Shown piece after piece: positions 1 through 9,300 of a stretch of 64,000 nt of DNA. A model generated the notes under the pieces. The model made no database searches and was not told where the DNA came from. It was given only the letters and a program-made list of their open reading frames with translations. Source of the DNA: a bacterium. GTDB lineage: Bacteria > SZUA-182 > DTGQ01 > JAFGSM01. Numbering within the stretch: the first letter of the stretch is position 1; each line of letters starts with the position of its first letter. Where the stretch lies: positions 1 to 64,000 of the forward strand of contig JBLIRN010000001.1 in NCBI GenBank assembly GCA_049472315.1, read 5' to 3'. The position numbers were made by a program, and so were the translations under genes.

Positions 1-300
1 CATACCCCCCACTCCTGCGACCATGCTTCGGACAAAGCGCTCGTGGCCCGGCACATCGACGATCCCCAGGCGGATGTCACCCGGCAGCTCCATATGGGCA
101 AAACCGAGTTCGATGGTGATCCCGCGCTCCTTCTCCTCGGGGGCCTTGTCGATCTCGTCAAAGGGGATGAACTTCGCAAATCCCTTCTTCTCCAGCACCT
201 GGGTCATCGCCGCGGTGAGGGTCGTCTTCCCATGATCCACATGCCCTATGGTCCCTACATTGACATGCGGCTTCTTCCTCTCAAATTTCTCCTTAGCCAT
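1..300 (-). CDS. Translational GTPase, 5' part (runs off the window): EF-Tu N-terminus continuing in frame into SelB-like sequence
   Basis: Manual translation from ATG 300: [32 protein letters not shown]...[13 protein letters not shown] (EF-Tu) then [37 protein letters not shown] (SelB-like). AGGAGG RBS upstream; lies downstream of the Thr-Tyr-Gly-Thr tRNA cluster typical of tufB. Confidence 0.85.
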   Translation of the reverse strand, partial: MAKEKFERKKPHVNVGTIGHVDHGKTTLTAAMTQVLEKKGFAKFIPFDEIDKAPEEKERGITIELGFAHMELPGDIRLGIVDVPGHERFVRSMVAGVGGM

Positions 301-367
301 CAGTCTTCCTCCTGTTATGCGCGGTGATCAAGGCATTCAACATTGTAAACCCCAACCAGTTCAAAAC

Positions 368-443
368 TGGAGCCCACGATCGGATTTGAACCGATGACCT
401 CTTCCTTACCAAGGAAGTGCTCTGCCGACTGAGCTACGTGGGC
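368..443 (-). tRNA. tRNA-Thr(GGT)
   Basis: Cloverleaf GCCCACGTAGCTCAGTCGG...anticodon GGT...GGTTCAAATCCG...CCA encoded. Confidence 0.97.
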
Positions 444-461
444 AAAAGATTTTATACAGGT

Positions 462-538
462 TGGAGCGGGAAACGGGATTCGAACCCGCGACCCTCAGCT
501 TGGAAGGCTGATGCTCTAGCCAACTGAGCTATTCCCGC
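462..538 (-). tRNA. tRNA-Gly(TCC)
   Basis: GCGGGAATAGCTCAGTTGG...anticodon TCC...GGTTCGAATCCC...CCA encoded. Confidence 0.97.
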
Positions 539-705
539 TAAACTGCCAAGCTATTTAAAACCCTGCATTCCGGTTCGAGATATAATTTAGTACCGTGTAA
601 TAATGCCCCGGTACCATGTCCATAGTGTTTGTGATCCGCAGTCCTTGCTCAAGGGAAGATCCCTTGTTTTGCCCCGGCACCTTATACCATATTTTTTAGT
701 ATTAT

Positions 706-959
706 AAAACGCCTGCGGTTTGCAGGCGGAGATTGTAAAATCCTAAGCATAACATATTTTTATAGTTTAGTAAAAAACCGCGATTTGTGGGCGGAAATTG
801 TAAACTCCAAGCTGGTCATATTTGTTTAGTTCAAGTAAACGCCTGTGGTTCGCAGACGAAAATTGTAGCTTCCAAGCCGATTATATTTAGTTAGTCTAAA
901 TAAACGCCTGCGGTTCCAGGCGGACGTCGTAACTTCCAAGCCGATTATATTTTTTTAGT
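706..959 (-). repeat. About four degenerate ~65-bp tandem repeats with a hairpin in the tRNA-Tyr/tRNA-Gly spacer
   Basis: AAACGCCTG(C/T)GGTT..CAG(G/A)CG hairpin starts at 710, 840 and 905 with a more diverged copy near 775; each is followed by TTGTAA..TCCAAGC..ATATTT-like sequence. Confidence 0.85.
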
Positions 960-962
960 TGA

Positions 963-1044
963 TGGAGGGGGGAGGATTCGAACCTCCGAAGGCGTCGCCG
1001 ACAGATTTACAGTCTGTTCCCTTTGGCCGCTCGGGAACCCCTCC
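963..1044 (-). tRNA. tRNA-Tyr(GTA), long variable arm, CCA not encoded
   Basis: GGAGGGGTTCCCGAGCGGCCAAAGGG...CTGTAAA...GGTTCGAATCC...CTCCA followed by TCA. Confidence 0.96.
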
Positions 1045-1057
1045 AACATCTTTTAAC

Positions 1058-1220
1058 ACTATGTTATGTCTTCTGCCAGAAAAAATGTCACGAACTCAAC
1101 GACTATGTTATGTCTTCTGCCAGAAAAAATGTCACGGACTCAACGACTATGTTATGTCTTCTGCCAGAAAAAATGTCACGAATTCAACGACTATGTTATG
1201 TCTCCGGCCAGAAAAAATGC
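1058..1220. repeat. 44-bp tandem repeat, ~3.7 near-identical copies
   Basis: Unit ACTATGTTATGTCTTCTGCCAGAAAAAATGTCACGAACTCAACG starts at 1058, 1102, 1146, 1190; no unique spacers. Confidence 0.95.
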
Positions 1221-1506
1221 CGCCGGAATCAATATTGAATTAATATGTATCTATGTCTTCCGCCGAAAGCATGCCCTCGACAGTGCCAGGCAGCTACAGA
1301 CAAGCAATTCCACGCATTAAGAAACAAAACAACGATGCTGCCGCAATCATGACACCATGAGGCCCTGCCACCTCTTTATAGATGAATACCCCCTATAAAT
1401 AAAAAATACCCCCTGCACCGGCGAAGCAGGGTACATATCCATTAAAGGGGCATCGCGTGCAGACAAAAGGCACGCCTGCCATACAATCGTTTATCATGGT
1501 TCCGAG

Positions 1507-1582
1507 TGGAGCTGGCGAAGGGATTCGAACCCCCGACCCGCTGATTACAAATCAGCTGCTCTACCGACTGAGCTACGCCAGC
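1507..1582 (-). tRNA. tRNA-Thr(TGT)
   Basis: GCTGGCGTAGCTCAGTCGG...anticodon TGT...GGTTCGAATCCC...CCA encoded. Confidence 0.97.
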
Positions 1583-1598
1583 GTTAACATAAGCGGCT

Positions 1599-1627
1599 AT
1601 TCTAAAAATTTGCAGCAAGAAAAGCAA
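1599..1627 (-). promoter_or_regulatory. Sigma-70-type promoter of the tRNA-tuf operon
   Basis: TTGCTT-N17-TAGAAT followed by a GC-rich discriminator-like AGCCGC just upstream of tRNA-Thr(TGT). Confidence 0.6.
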
Positions 1628-1804
1628 GGTGTATTTATGGAGAAAATTTCAGGTTAAAAGGCCAAAAAGGTCCATATAGGGCGTTTCCCTCATTTAACCT
1701 ATTATATTCTCATTAATAGTCCTTTTTTAGGCATATTCAACCCGTATTTCCCCGAAGGATGATCATGCTATCGATCGAGAAGGAACATACACCCCGCGTG
1801 CGAA

Positions 1805-3520
1805 TTACTGCATCATTCCTCCGCCTTGCATGTCCTGCATGGGCAAACTCATGGGCGGGGTGGGGAGGGAAGACTGATATTTTTTCAGGGCCTCCTGATT
1901 TGTGGTAATCGATGCCTTCGATTTCAATTTGGCGATAAGGTCCTGAATCTTTTTATCCCTTTTCTGAAACAGCACGATTTGTTCAACCTCGTATCTGACA
2001 TCGCTCAAGCTTGATGCTCCTGCCTGCTTATGGTCCTCCATCTTTATGATGTGGAAGCCGAAATTGGTCCGCACCACATCACTGACCTCTCCCTTTTTGA
2101 GCTTGAAGGCGGCCTCTTCGAACAGGGGTGCCATCCTGCCCCGGGAGAAATATCCGAGGTCTCCACCGTTTTTGGCCGTCGGGCATATTGAGAATTCCTC
2201 TGCCAGCTTCTCGAAATCACCGCCTGCCTTGATTTTGGCGAGGATCTCCTTTGCCTGTTCCTCGTCCGGTACCAGAATGTGGCGGACCCTGATTCGTTCC
2301 GGCATCTCCTTGAACCGTTCCCTGTTGGTTTCGAAATATTCCTTCAATTCCTCGTCGGTTACCTTTACGTCCTTCACATACTCCATGGCGTAGGTCTGCC
2401 CCATGAGTCCGTCTTTGAGGAGGTCGAATGTCCTCTTGAATTCCTCATTCTGGTCGTATTTGAGCCGTTTCGCCTCTTCAAGAAAAAGCACGCTGTTGAC
2501 CTTTTCGTTGATGATATTTTTCAAGAATTCGGGCTGCTTGAGGTACGGGCTGTTCATCTGGTAGCCGTATTCGGGTCTTTGGGGGGGCAGGATCTCCTTA
2601 AGGAGGATCTCTTTGCCATTCACTGTGGCGACCACCAGCTTGAGTGACGCCTCGTTGATCTTGTCGGATTTTTCCAGCTTTTTGATGTTCTTGTCGTTCA
2701 ATTCGATCTTTGCCTTCGATCTCAAACGGTCGAGCAGCTTATCGCGGACCTCGTCCAGTTTGGACTTTTGAAACTTATACCGCAAATAGTTTTTCCTGCT
2801 CTCCATTTCCTGTTCCGTCAGTTCCTTCCTGCTCACGGCCTTGAAGATGGCATGCCCCTGCCGGGTCTTGATGGGTTCGCTCACCTTTCCGTCCTTGAGT
2901 CGAAAGATCTTCTTTTCATCCTCGTCTGAAAGCTCACCCTCGAAATATCCGGTGTTGGGAATAACATACCCGATTTGTCCGCCCTTGGACGCATTTTTCG
3001 ACTTGGATCGCATCTTGGCCAGTTTGTTAAAATCCGGTTCCTTTTGAAGGGTCTTGAGGATGTCCTCCGCCTCTTCTTTCGTATTCACGAGGATCTGCTG
3101 AAAGTTGACCTTGTATTTGTCCGATGCCGGGATCATTTTTTCGATATCCGCATCAGTCAGTTCCGCCTTGTCCTCGACCTCTTTGGTGTAAAAGAAGTTG
3201 GCGAGCTGCTGCTCCTTCATCATCTCCAATTGTTCTTCGAATTCGGGCCCTTGATTGACCCCCTTCTTTTTTGCCTCCTCGGCAAGAAGGAGGTAGGCGA
3301 TGATCTGATCGAGCAGGGCTTGCGGATCCGCTCGGCCTTGCATGAGTTTCTCGAATGTCGCGGTATGGATCTTAAGGCCGTTCACCTCGGCGATGACCTG
3401 GCCGTTGTTCTTGCTCCCGGCCGGATTTGAATCATTCTGCTCCTGTGCAGCGGCAGACATGGTGGTCATCATGATGAACACCAGCAGTATGGTGAGAAGC
3501 GTGCCCAATATCTTCTTCAT
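1805..3520 (-). CDS. Exported peptidyl-prolyl isomerase/foldase with two parvulin (PpiC) domains
   Basis: Signal peptide MKKILG...; parvulin motifs QQILV...GGQIGY and RVRHILV...GGDLGYF...FGFHII; AGGAGG RBS before ATG 3520. Confidence 0.88.
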   Translation of the reverse strand: MKKILGTLLTILLVFIMMTTMSAAAQEQNDSNPAGSKNNGQVIAEVNGLKIHTATFEKLMQGRADPQALLDQIIAYLLLAEEAKKKGVNQGPEFEEQLEMMKEQQLANFFYTKEVEDKAELTDADIEKMIPASDKYKVNFQQILVNTKEEAEDILKTLQKEPDFNKLAKMRSKSKNASKGGQIGYVIPNTGYFEGELSDEDEKKIFRLKDGKVSEPIKTRQGHAIFKAVSRKELTEQEMESRKNYLRYKFQKSKLDEVRDKLLDRLRSKAKIELNDKNIKKLEKSDKINEASLKLVVATVNGKEILLKEILPPQRPEYGYQMNSPYLKQPEFLKNIINEKVNSVLFLEEAKRLKYDQNEEFKRTFDLLKDGLMGQTYAMEYVKDVKVTDEELKEYFETNRERFKEMPERIRVRHILVPDEEQAKEILAKIKAGGDFEKLAEEFSICPTAKNGGDLGYFSRGRMAPLFEEAAFKLKKGEVSDVVRTNFGFHIIKMEDHKQAGASSLSDVRYEVEQIVLFQKRDKKIQDLIAKLKSKASITTNQEALKKYQSSLPTPPMSLPMQDMQGGGMMQ

Positions 3521-3695
3521 AATAGAGGAACCTCCTTTCAAATATTGACGGTCCATGTAATGCAAATTATCGTCTTGTACCCGGTTGCCCTTTCGATTAC
3601 AATGAAAGGGCCATTATTCGCGCCCGTTCGTTTCCTCCCACGTGTGTCGCCATATGTATATACATTGATGGGTCGCTTAGGCTCCACAAGTAGGA

Positions 3696-3711
3696 TGCAA
3701 ATATTGTACCA
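3696..3711 (-). promoter_or_regulatory. Putative sigma-54 (-24/-12) promoter for the foldase gene
   Basis: TGGTACAATATTTGCA = GG-N10-GC with TTGC, correct orientation, AT-rich upstream tract. Confidence 0.55.
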
Positions 3712-3837
3712 GAAGAGAACACCTTTTAAATCAATAAAAAGAAATTATAAACAAAATCCAACATTGTGTCAATATGATGCCGTAGAGGAGATTCCCCTGC
3801 GATTATCCACGGGAGGTCGTCCAGGATGGGAGCGGAC

Positions 3838-4455
3838 ATGACACGTGTCGGCCTGACCGGGGGGATCGGCACCGGGAAGACCACCGTAGCCCGTATGTTT
3901 TCGTACCGGGGGGCATGGGTGGTGGAGGCCGACCGGATTATCCATCACCTTCTCATGCCCCGTGGGCCGGCCTGTAAACCGGTTTCGTCCATATGGGGGG
4001 ATGCCGTGTGCACCGGCGGGGGGGGAATCGACCGAAAGAGACTCGCCTCGATAGTGTTCAAAGACCGGGATGCGTTGAATCGCCTTGTGGAGATCCTCTA
4101 TCCTCTACTCAAGCGCGAGGTAACTGATGCCATGGCCCGGGCGAAACACATGGATGCGGTGATGTTTATCCTTGACGGTTCTCAGATCCTGGAGGCGGGA
4201 TGGGAAGGGATGTTCGACCTGATCGTCCTGGTGAGGGCGCGCGGTGATGTGTGCAGGGAGCGGATGTTACGGAGGGGCACCATGGACCCCGAACAGTTTC
4301 GCCTTCGCAGAGGGTTGCAGTGGCCGGAGTGGGTAAAGGCCCGACACGCTGATTTTATTATCGACAACAGCGGATCACGTCACATGACCGAGAGGGCGGT
4401 CAATCAAGTCTTCGACCAAATTGTCGGGGACACAGGTAGAAATTGTCGCACGTGA
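3838..4455 (+). CDS. coaE: Dephospho-CoA kinase
   Basis: VGLTGGIGTGKTTV P-loop, IDRKRLASIVF, ADFIIDNSG. Confidence 0.92.
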   Translation: MTRVGLTGGIGTGKTTVARMFSYRGAWVVEADRIIHHLLMPRGPACKPVSSIWGDAVCTGGGGIDRKRLASIVFKDRDALNRLVEILYPLLKREVTDAMARAKHMDAVMFILDGSQILEAGWEGMFDLIVLVRARGDVCRERMLRRGTMDPEQFRLRRGLQWPEWVKARHADFIIDNSGSRHMTERAVNQVFDQIVGDTGRNCRT

Positions 4456-4777
4456 CAGGAATGCCGATTGTGATACCGCCTCTTCCGGGCCGGTCATGGG
4501 CGCCCGCATGCATAGCCCAGGGCCTCGAACTTGGAAATGCTGTGTGTGTCGTCGCCCTGTTGAACTTTATTATCAGGCATGTTAAAATTTTAATTTATTA
4601 TTTAATCTTGGGTGGTTCTTCAACATTATTTAATAACACAACTACTAATACAGAGGGAAAAGACTCGGCAATACAGAGAGAAAATGGTTAGCAATCATAT
4701 AACATGCTACACGGCAAGGGGAAGATTGTATCCATAGTTGCTACAATGAATAACGGTGCGAAAGGAGCGAGGTGGGA

Positions 4778-5125
4778 ATGCGTAGATATGAATTACTCGT
4801 CATTCTTAACGCAGAAATCTCTGAAGAGGATCTCGAGAAGGTCGTCGATCGAATAACCCAGGTGATCAAGAAGGAGGGAGGAGAGGTCAGCGGGGTTGAT
4901 AAATGGGGGAAAAGGAGACTGGCTTACGAGATCAAGAAAACCAAAAAGGGTTTCTACCTGCTGGTGCAATTTGCCGGAGAAGCCCGCCTCTTAAAAGAGA
5001 TTGAAAGGAATTTGAGGTTTATGGAAGGGATCATCCGTTATATGACCGTCGCCCTCTCCGAAAAGGTCGATCCGTCTTTATCGCGATCCTATTCTGCTGA
5101 GAATAGGGAGGAGGCTGTCCTATGA
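4778..5125 (+). CDS. rpsF: 30S ribosomal protein S6
   Basis: MRRYELLVIL...WGKRRLAYEIKK; rpsF-ssb-rpsR synteny. Confidence 0.97.
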   Translation: MRRYELLVILNAEISEEDLEKVVDRITQVIKKEGGEVSGVDKWGKRRLAYEIKKTKKGFYLLVQFAGEARLLKEIERNLRFMEGIIRYMTVALSEKVDPSLSRSYSAENREEAVL

Positions 5126-5526
5126 TAAGGTTGAACAAGGTCTTTTTAATGGGGAACCTGACCAGGGACCCGGAACTGCGGTATACACCGAACGGCACGG
5201 CAGTTGCCGGTTTCGGCGTTGCGGTGAACAGAAGGTATACCACCAAAGAGGGGGATAAAAAGGAAGAGGTCGATTTTTTTGACGTTGAGGTGTGGGACAA
5301 GCAGGCAGAAACGTGTAACGAATATCTGGCAAAGGGCAGCGGGGTTTTTGTTGAAGGACGGCTGAGGCAGGACCGCTGGGAGGACGAGGCGGGGAAAAAA
5401 CGATCCAAATTGAAGATCGTTGCCTCGACGATACAATTCCTGCCTCGGAAGATGGAGAGCGATCTGACGGCAGAGGAATCGCCGTCCGATGACGACTCCT
5501 ACGAAGGTTCCAATCTACCCTTTTAG
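5122..5526 (+). CDS. ssb: Single-stranded DNA-binding protein
   Basis: LNKVFLMGNLTRDPELRYTPNG; acidic tail ending LPF. Confidence 0.97.
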   Translation: MIRLNKVFLMGNLTRDPELRYTPNGTAVAGFGVAVNRRYTTKEGDKKEEVDFFDVEVWDKQAETCNEYLAKGSGVFVEGRLRQDRWEDEAGKKRSKLKIVASTIQFLPRKMESDLTAEESPSDDDSYEGSNLPF

Positions 5527-5667
5527 GCAAGGGGGTTCGATCGGCCGGCCTGCTGTCCCTGCATATAACGTCACGGGGAGCGGCGAACGGGCGGGGAGTG
5601 ATGCAGGCGCCGTGCCTCTGCACGAGGGGTCTTTGTCACCATTCAACTGCGCAACGAGAGGAGAATA

Positions 5668-5889
5668 ATGATCGGGAAGTATCGACGAAAAAAGGTTTGC
5701 AAGTTTTGTGAATCGAGGACATTCCATATTGATTATAAGGATGTAAGGAGATTGAGGGCGTTCATGACGGAACGCGGGAAGATCATTCCCCGAAGGATTT
5801 CCGGCAACTGCGCCAAGCACCAAAGACAAATGACGAGGGCGATCAAGCGGTCCCGCAACATTGCCCTGCTTCCCTTTACCGCAGAATAG
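5668..5889 (+). CDS. rpsR: 30S ribosomal protein S18 (Zn-binding Cys type)
   Basis: RRKKVCKFC...IDYKD...[17 protein letters not shown]...ALLPF. Confidence 0.97.
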   Translation: MIGKYRRKKVCKFCESRTFHIDYKDVRRLRAFMTERGKIIPRRISGNCAKHQRQMTRAIKRSRNIALLPFTAE

Positions 5890-5940
5890 AAACTTCAACA
5901 CACACATCGTGCGGTTCGCGGCAGGAGTAAAGGGACGCGT

Positions 5941-6087
5941 ATGGTGACCGCGCAGGGTTCATACCACCGTTTGCAGCCGCTGCTCATTGTTCTCGCTGCA
6001 ACCCTGCCCGGTGTCGGTGTGTTCGGGGTCCCCATCATTATCCTCCCGCCGGTGTTCGGGGTATTCTTCATCATAATGGATGGGTAG
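5941..6087 (+). CDS. Possible 48-aa hydrophobic small protein between rpsR and rplI
   Basis: MVTAQGSYHRLQPLLIVLAATLPGVGVFGVPIIILPPVFGVFFIIMDG*; purine-rich upstream sequence; below the ORF-track cutoff. Confidence 0.35.
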   Translation: MVTAQGSYHRLQPLLIVLAATLPGVGVFGVPIIILPPVFGVFFIIMDG

Positions 6088-6111
6088 GCTTTTCAACAGA
6101 GGAGGGGATAT

Positions 6112-6555
6112 ATGCAGGTTATATTGAAACAACATATTGAAAAAGTGGGACAGGCAGGTGATCTCATAAACGTGGCGCCCGGATTTGCGCGCAACTATCT
6201 CCTGCCCAAAAAACTGGCGGTTCTGGCCGATGCGAAGAGCATCAAGCAAATGGAGCATCAACAGCGGCTCAAACAGGCCATCAAGGAAAAGCACCTGAGG
6301 GATTGCGAAAAACTGGCCAGGAGCATCGAGAGCCTTTCACTGACCATCATACGTAAGGCAGGGGAGAGTGATCGTCTCTTCGGGTCCGTGACCACCATGG
6401 ATATCGAGGAGGCCCTGGCGCATGAAGGGGTGCCCATCGAACGAAAGAGGATCATGCTTGACGAGCCGATCAAATCCCTCGGCATCTATACGGTACCCAT
6501 CCGCCTTCACCAGGAAGTAACGGCAAATCTGAAGGTCTGGGTGGTGAAGGAGTAG
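6112..6555 (+). CDS. rplI: 50S ribosomal protein L9
   Basis: MQVILKQ...GFARNYLLPKKLA...LFGSVT...IKSLG. Confidence 0.97.
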   Translation: MQVILKQHIEKVGQAGDLINVAPGFARNYLLPKKLAVLADAKSIKQMEHQQRLKQAIKEKHLRDCEKLARSIESLSLTIIRKAGESDRLFGSVTTMDIEEALAHEGVPIERKRIMLDEPIKSLGIYTVPIRLHQEVTANLKVWVVKE

Positions 6556-6566
6556 GGGGCGTCGGC

Positions 6567-7913
6567 GTGGATCCCGAGGGCATCCTGCTCGACAAGACAC
6601 CTCCCCACAGCCTCGAGGCGGAACGGTTCTTCCTGGGGGCGCTGCTGCTTGATGCCGAGGCCATCAACAAGGTCGTCGATCTTTTGGAACCGGGGGATTT
6701 CTACCTTCATGCCCACCAGGACATCTTTCGCTCCATCCTCTCCCTGTACGAGAAGAATATACAGGTCGACCTGGTTACCCTCAAGGAGGATCTCAAGGGC
6801 AAAGGGGTGCTTGATCAGGCGGGAGGGCTCACCTACCTCACCAACCTCCTGGAGGTGACCCCCACCGCCGCCAATATCAGGGTCCATGCGCGCCTGGTCA
6901 AAGAAAAATCCCTCGCCAGGCGCATGATTCAGGCGGGAACCCAAATCGCGACCAGGGGCTACGAGGAAGGCGAAGAGATCGACTCCCTGCTCGGGGTTGC
7001 AGAGGACCTGATCCAGGGTATTTCGGAGAAGAAGGTCCGGCCCGGCATTTATTCCATCAAGGACATTATCGCCGATTGCTTCCAGATCATAGAGAAGCTG
7101 TATGAAAAAAAGGGGAAGGTGAGCGGCCTCCCCACGGGTTTCCGGGATTTGGATGCGCTCACCTCCGGACTGCAGAACCAGGATCTCATCATTATCGCCG
7201 CCCGCCCATCCATGGGCAAGACAAGTTTTTGCCTCAACATCGCCCTCCATGTGGCCGTTACGGAGCATCGGCCTGCCCTGTTTTTCAGCCTGGAAACCGC
7301 AAAGGAACAGCTCGTGCTCAGGATGCTGTGTTCCCAGGCCAGGGTCAATTCCCACCACCTGCGGACCGGTTTCCTCACCGAACGGGATTGGAAGCGGCTG
7401 ATCAAAGGTGCGGCGGAGATCTCCGAGGCGCCTATCTATATCGATGACTCCGCATCCCCCACAGTCATGGAGATCAGGGCGAAGGCACGCAGGTTGAAGC
7501 GGGAGAAGGACCTGGGATTGGTGGTCGTGGATTATATGCAGCTTGTCCAGGGGAGCGGACGGTTCGAGAGCCGTCAGCAGGAGATATCGGAGATCTCCCG
7601 TTCATTGAAGATGACCGCCAAGGAGCTCGATTGTCCCGTCATCGCCCTTTCCCAGTTGAGCCGGGCAGTGGAGTCACGCACCGAGCGTCGCCCCATCCTT
7701 TCCGATTTGAGGGAATCGGGTGCCATCGAACAGGACGGGGACCTGATCGCATTCATCTACCGGCCCGAGGTGTACCATCCCGATACCGAGGAGGCGGGAA
7801 TCGCCGAGATCATCATAGGAAAGCAGCGAAACGGCCCCATCGGTACCATAAAACTGGCCTTTCTCAAGGAATACACCCGGTTTGAAAATCTCGCCCGCGA
7901 GGACGTTCAATAA
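6567..7913 (+). CDS. dnaB: Replicative DNA helicase
   Basis: PPHSLEAE, AARPSMGKT, DYMQL, SQLSR, DLRESGAIEQD, KQRNGP. Confidence 0.97.
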   Translation: MDPEGILLDKTPPHSLEAERFFLGALLLDAEAINKVVDLLEPGDFYLHAHQDIFRSILSLYEKNIQVDLVTLKEDLKGKGVLDQAGGLTYLTNLLEVTPTAANIRVHARLVKEKSLARRMIQAGTQIATRGYEEGEEIDSLLGVAEDLIQGISEKKVRPGIYSIKDIIADCFQIIEKLYEKKGKVSGLPTGFRDLDALTSGLQNQDLIIIAARPSMGKTSFCLNIALHVAVTEHRPALFFSLETAKEQLVLRMLCSQARVNSHHLRTGFLTERDWKRLIKGAAEISEAPIYIDDSASPTVMEIRAKARRLKREKDLGLVVVDYMQLVQGSGRFESRQQEISEISRSLKMTAKELDCPVIALSQLSRAVESRTERRPILSDLRESGAIEQDGDLIAFIYRPEVYHPDTEEAGIAEIIIGKQRNGPIGTIKLAFLKEYTRFENLAREDVQ

Positions 7914-8094
7914 AACGGTGCGGGCGGTGCGGATAACGACCGGGTGATCCAAAATCCCTTAAGTTGCGAATAGAATAATATAAGGTTATCATATCCGGTA
8001 ACTTCTCACAGCATTGTGGGCATTGGGTGTGGTGAGGGGCAGAGGAGCGTTTCCGTGCGTAAAGGAGGGGGGATTGCAGCGTAATGGGATAGGC

Positions 8095-9300
8095 ATGGCG
8101 GACCATCCGACCAGGGCGGTAATCGATCTTTCAGCTTTGCATCACAACCTGCAGGTCATACGGGAGCGCATCGGCCCCCAACGGCGTATACTGGCGGTGG
8201 TGAAGGCGAATGCCTACGGTCACGGCGCCGGGGTTCTGTGTGCACACCTGGAGGGTTTCGGGGTCGACATGCTTGGGGTGGCCTACCCGGAAGAGGGGCT
8301 TAACCTCCGGGATGCCGGAATAACCTCCCCCATTCTGGTCATGTCGGGGACCTTGCCCGATCAATTGGAGGGCGCCCTGGAGGCCAATCTCACCATTTCC
8401 CTGTCCGACCTGGACACTGCAAAGGCCCTGTCGCAGTTGGCCCTCCGTAACAAGCGGCGTGCCAAGGTGCACGTAAAGGTGGACACTGGCATGGGACGCC
8501 TGGGATTCCCTCTTGACGACGCGATCAACGCCGTCACCGCAATCGCCTCCCTGCCGCATCTGAGCATCGAGGGGATCTTCACCCACCTTGCCACATCGGA
8601 GGATGCGGATCACTCGTACACGCGGTACCAGACCGAGCGGTTCACCGGACTGGTCCGTTCACTGGAGGGGCTGGTGAATCCACCCCCGATTATTCATATG
8701 GGCAACAGTGCCGCGGTGATGAAACACCCCGAGACCTATTTCGATATGGTGCGGGTGGGTATCATGCTGTACGGCCTCGCCCCCGTGCCGGGACTTCAGA
8801 AGGCATTGCCTATTCGTCCCATTATGAGCCTCCAGACGAAGATCATTCATATAAAGCGAATGCCCGAAGGGAGCAGCCTCAGCTACGGCCGCACCTACAT
8901 CTGCCCCTCCGACAAGGTGATCGCCGTGATCCCCGTCGGATACAGCGACGGGCTTGCCCGTTGCATGTCCACAAAGATACATGTGCTGCTGAGGGGCGTC
9001 AGGGTGCCGGTGGTGGGGACGGTGTGCATGGATATGAGCCTGGTGGATATCACGGGAATCGACGGGGTCGAGATCGGGGAGGAGGTCGTGCTGATCGGGA
9101 GCCAGGGAGGTGAATGTATCACTGCCCATGACTGGGCAGCGTGGCAGAACACCATCCCCTATGAGGTGCTTTGCGCTGTTGGCCCCAGGGTCAAGAGGAT
9201 TTACCGCAGAGAAGAGGGAACACGGGAGGTGGTGCATGGATGTAAGGCAAACAGTGAAGGGGCTGGCGTAACAACCAATGGAAGCATCTGTACCGGGTAA
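8095..9300 (+). CDS. alr: Alanine racemase
   Basis: AVVKANAYGHG PLP motif, KVDTGMGRLG, VCMD, TIPYE. Confidence 0.95.
   Translation: MADHPTRAVIDLSALHHNLQVIRERIGPQRRILAVVKANAYGHGAGVLCAHLEGFGVDMLGVAYPEEGLNLRDAGITSPILVMSGTLPDQLEGALEANLTISLSDLDTAKALSQLALRNKRRAKVHVKVDTGMGRLGFPLDDAINAVTAIASLPHLSIEGIFTHLATSEDADHSYTRYQTERFTGLVRSLEGLVNPPPIIHMGNSAAVMKHPETYFDMVRVGIMLYGLAPVPGLQKALPIRPIMSLQTKIIHIKRMPEGSSLSYGRTYICPSDKVIAVIPVGYSDGLARCMSTKIHVLLRGVRVPVVGTVCMDMSLVDITGIDGVEIGEEVVLIGSQGGECITAHDWAAWQNTIPYEVLCAVGPRVKRIYRREEGTREVVHGCKANSEGAGVTTNGSICTG

Noticed and set aside
1058..1220. CRISPR array
   Set aside because: Units are contiguous with no unique spacers, and there are no cas genes; it is a tandem repeat.
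959..1657. Short ORFs over the tRNAs and the 44-bp repeat
   Set aside because: They are translations of tRNA genes and repeat units with no RBS or protein-like signal.
4420..4460. Tandem TTGTCG..ACAGG motifs as an enhancer for the sigma-54 site
   Set aside because: They lie inside the coaE 3' end, ~700 bp away, and are too short to separate from chance.
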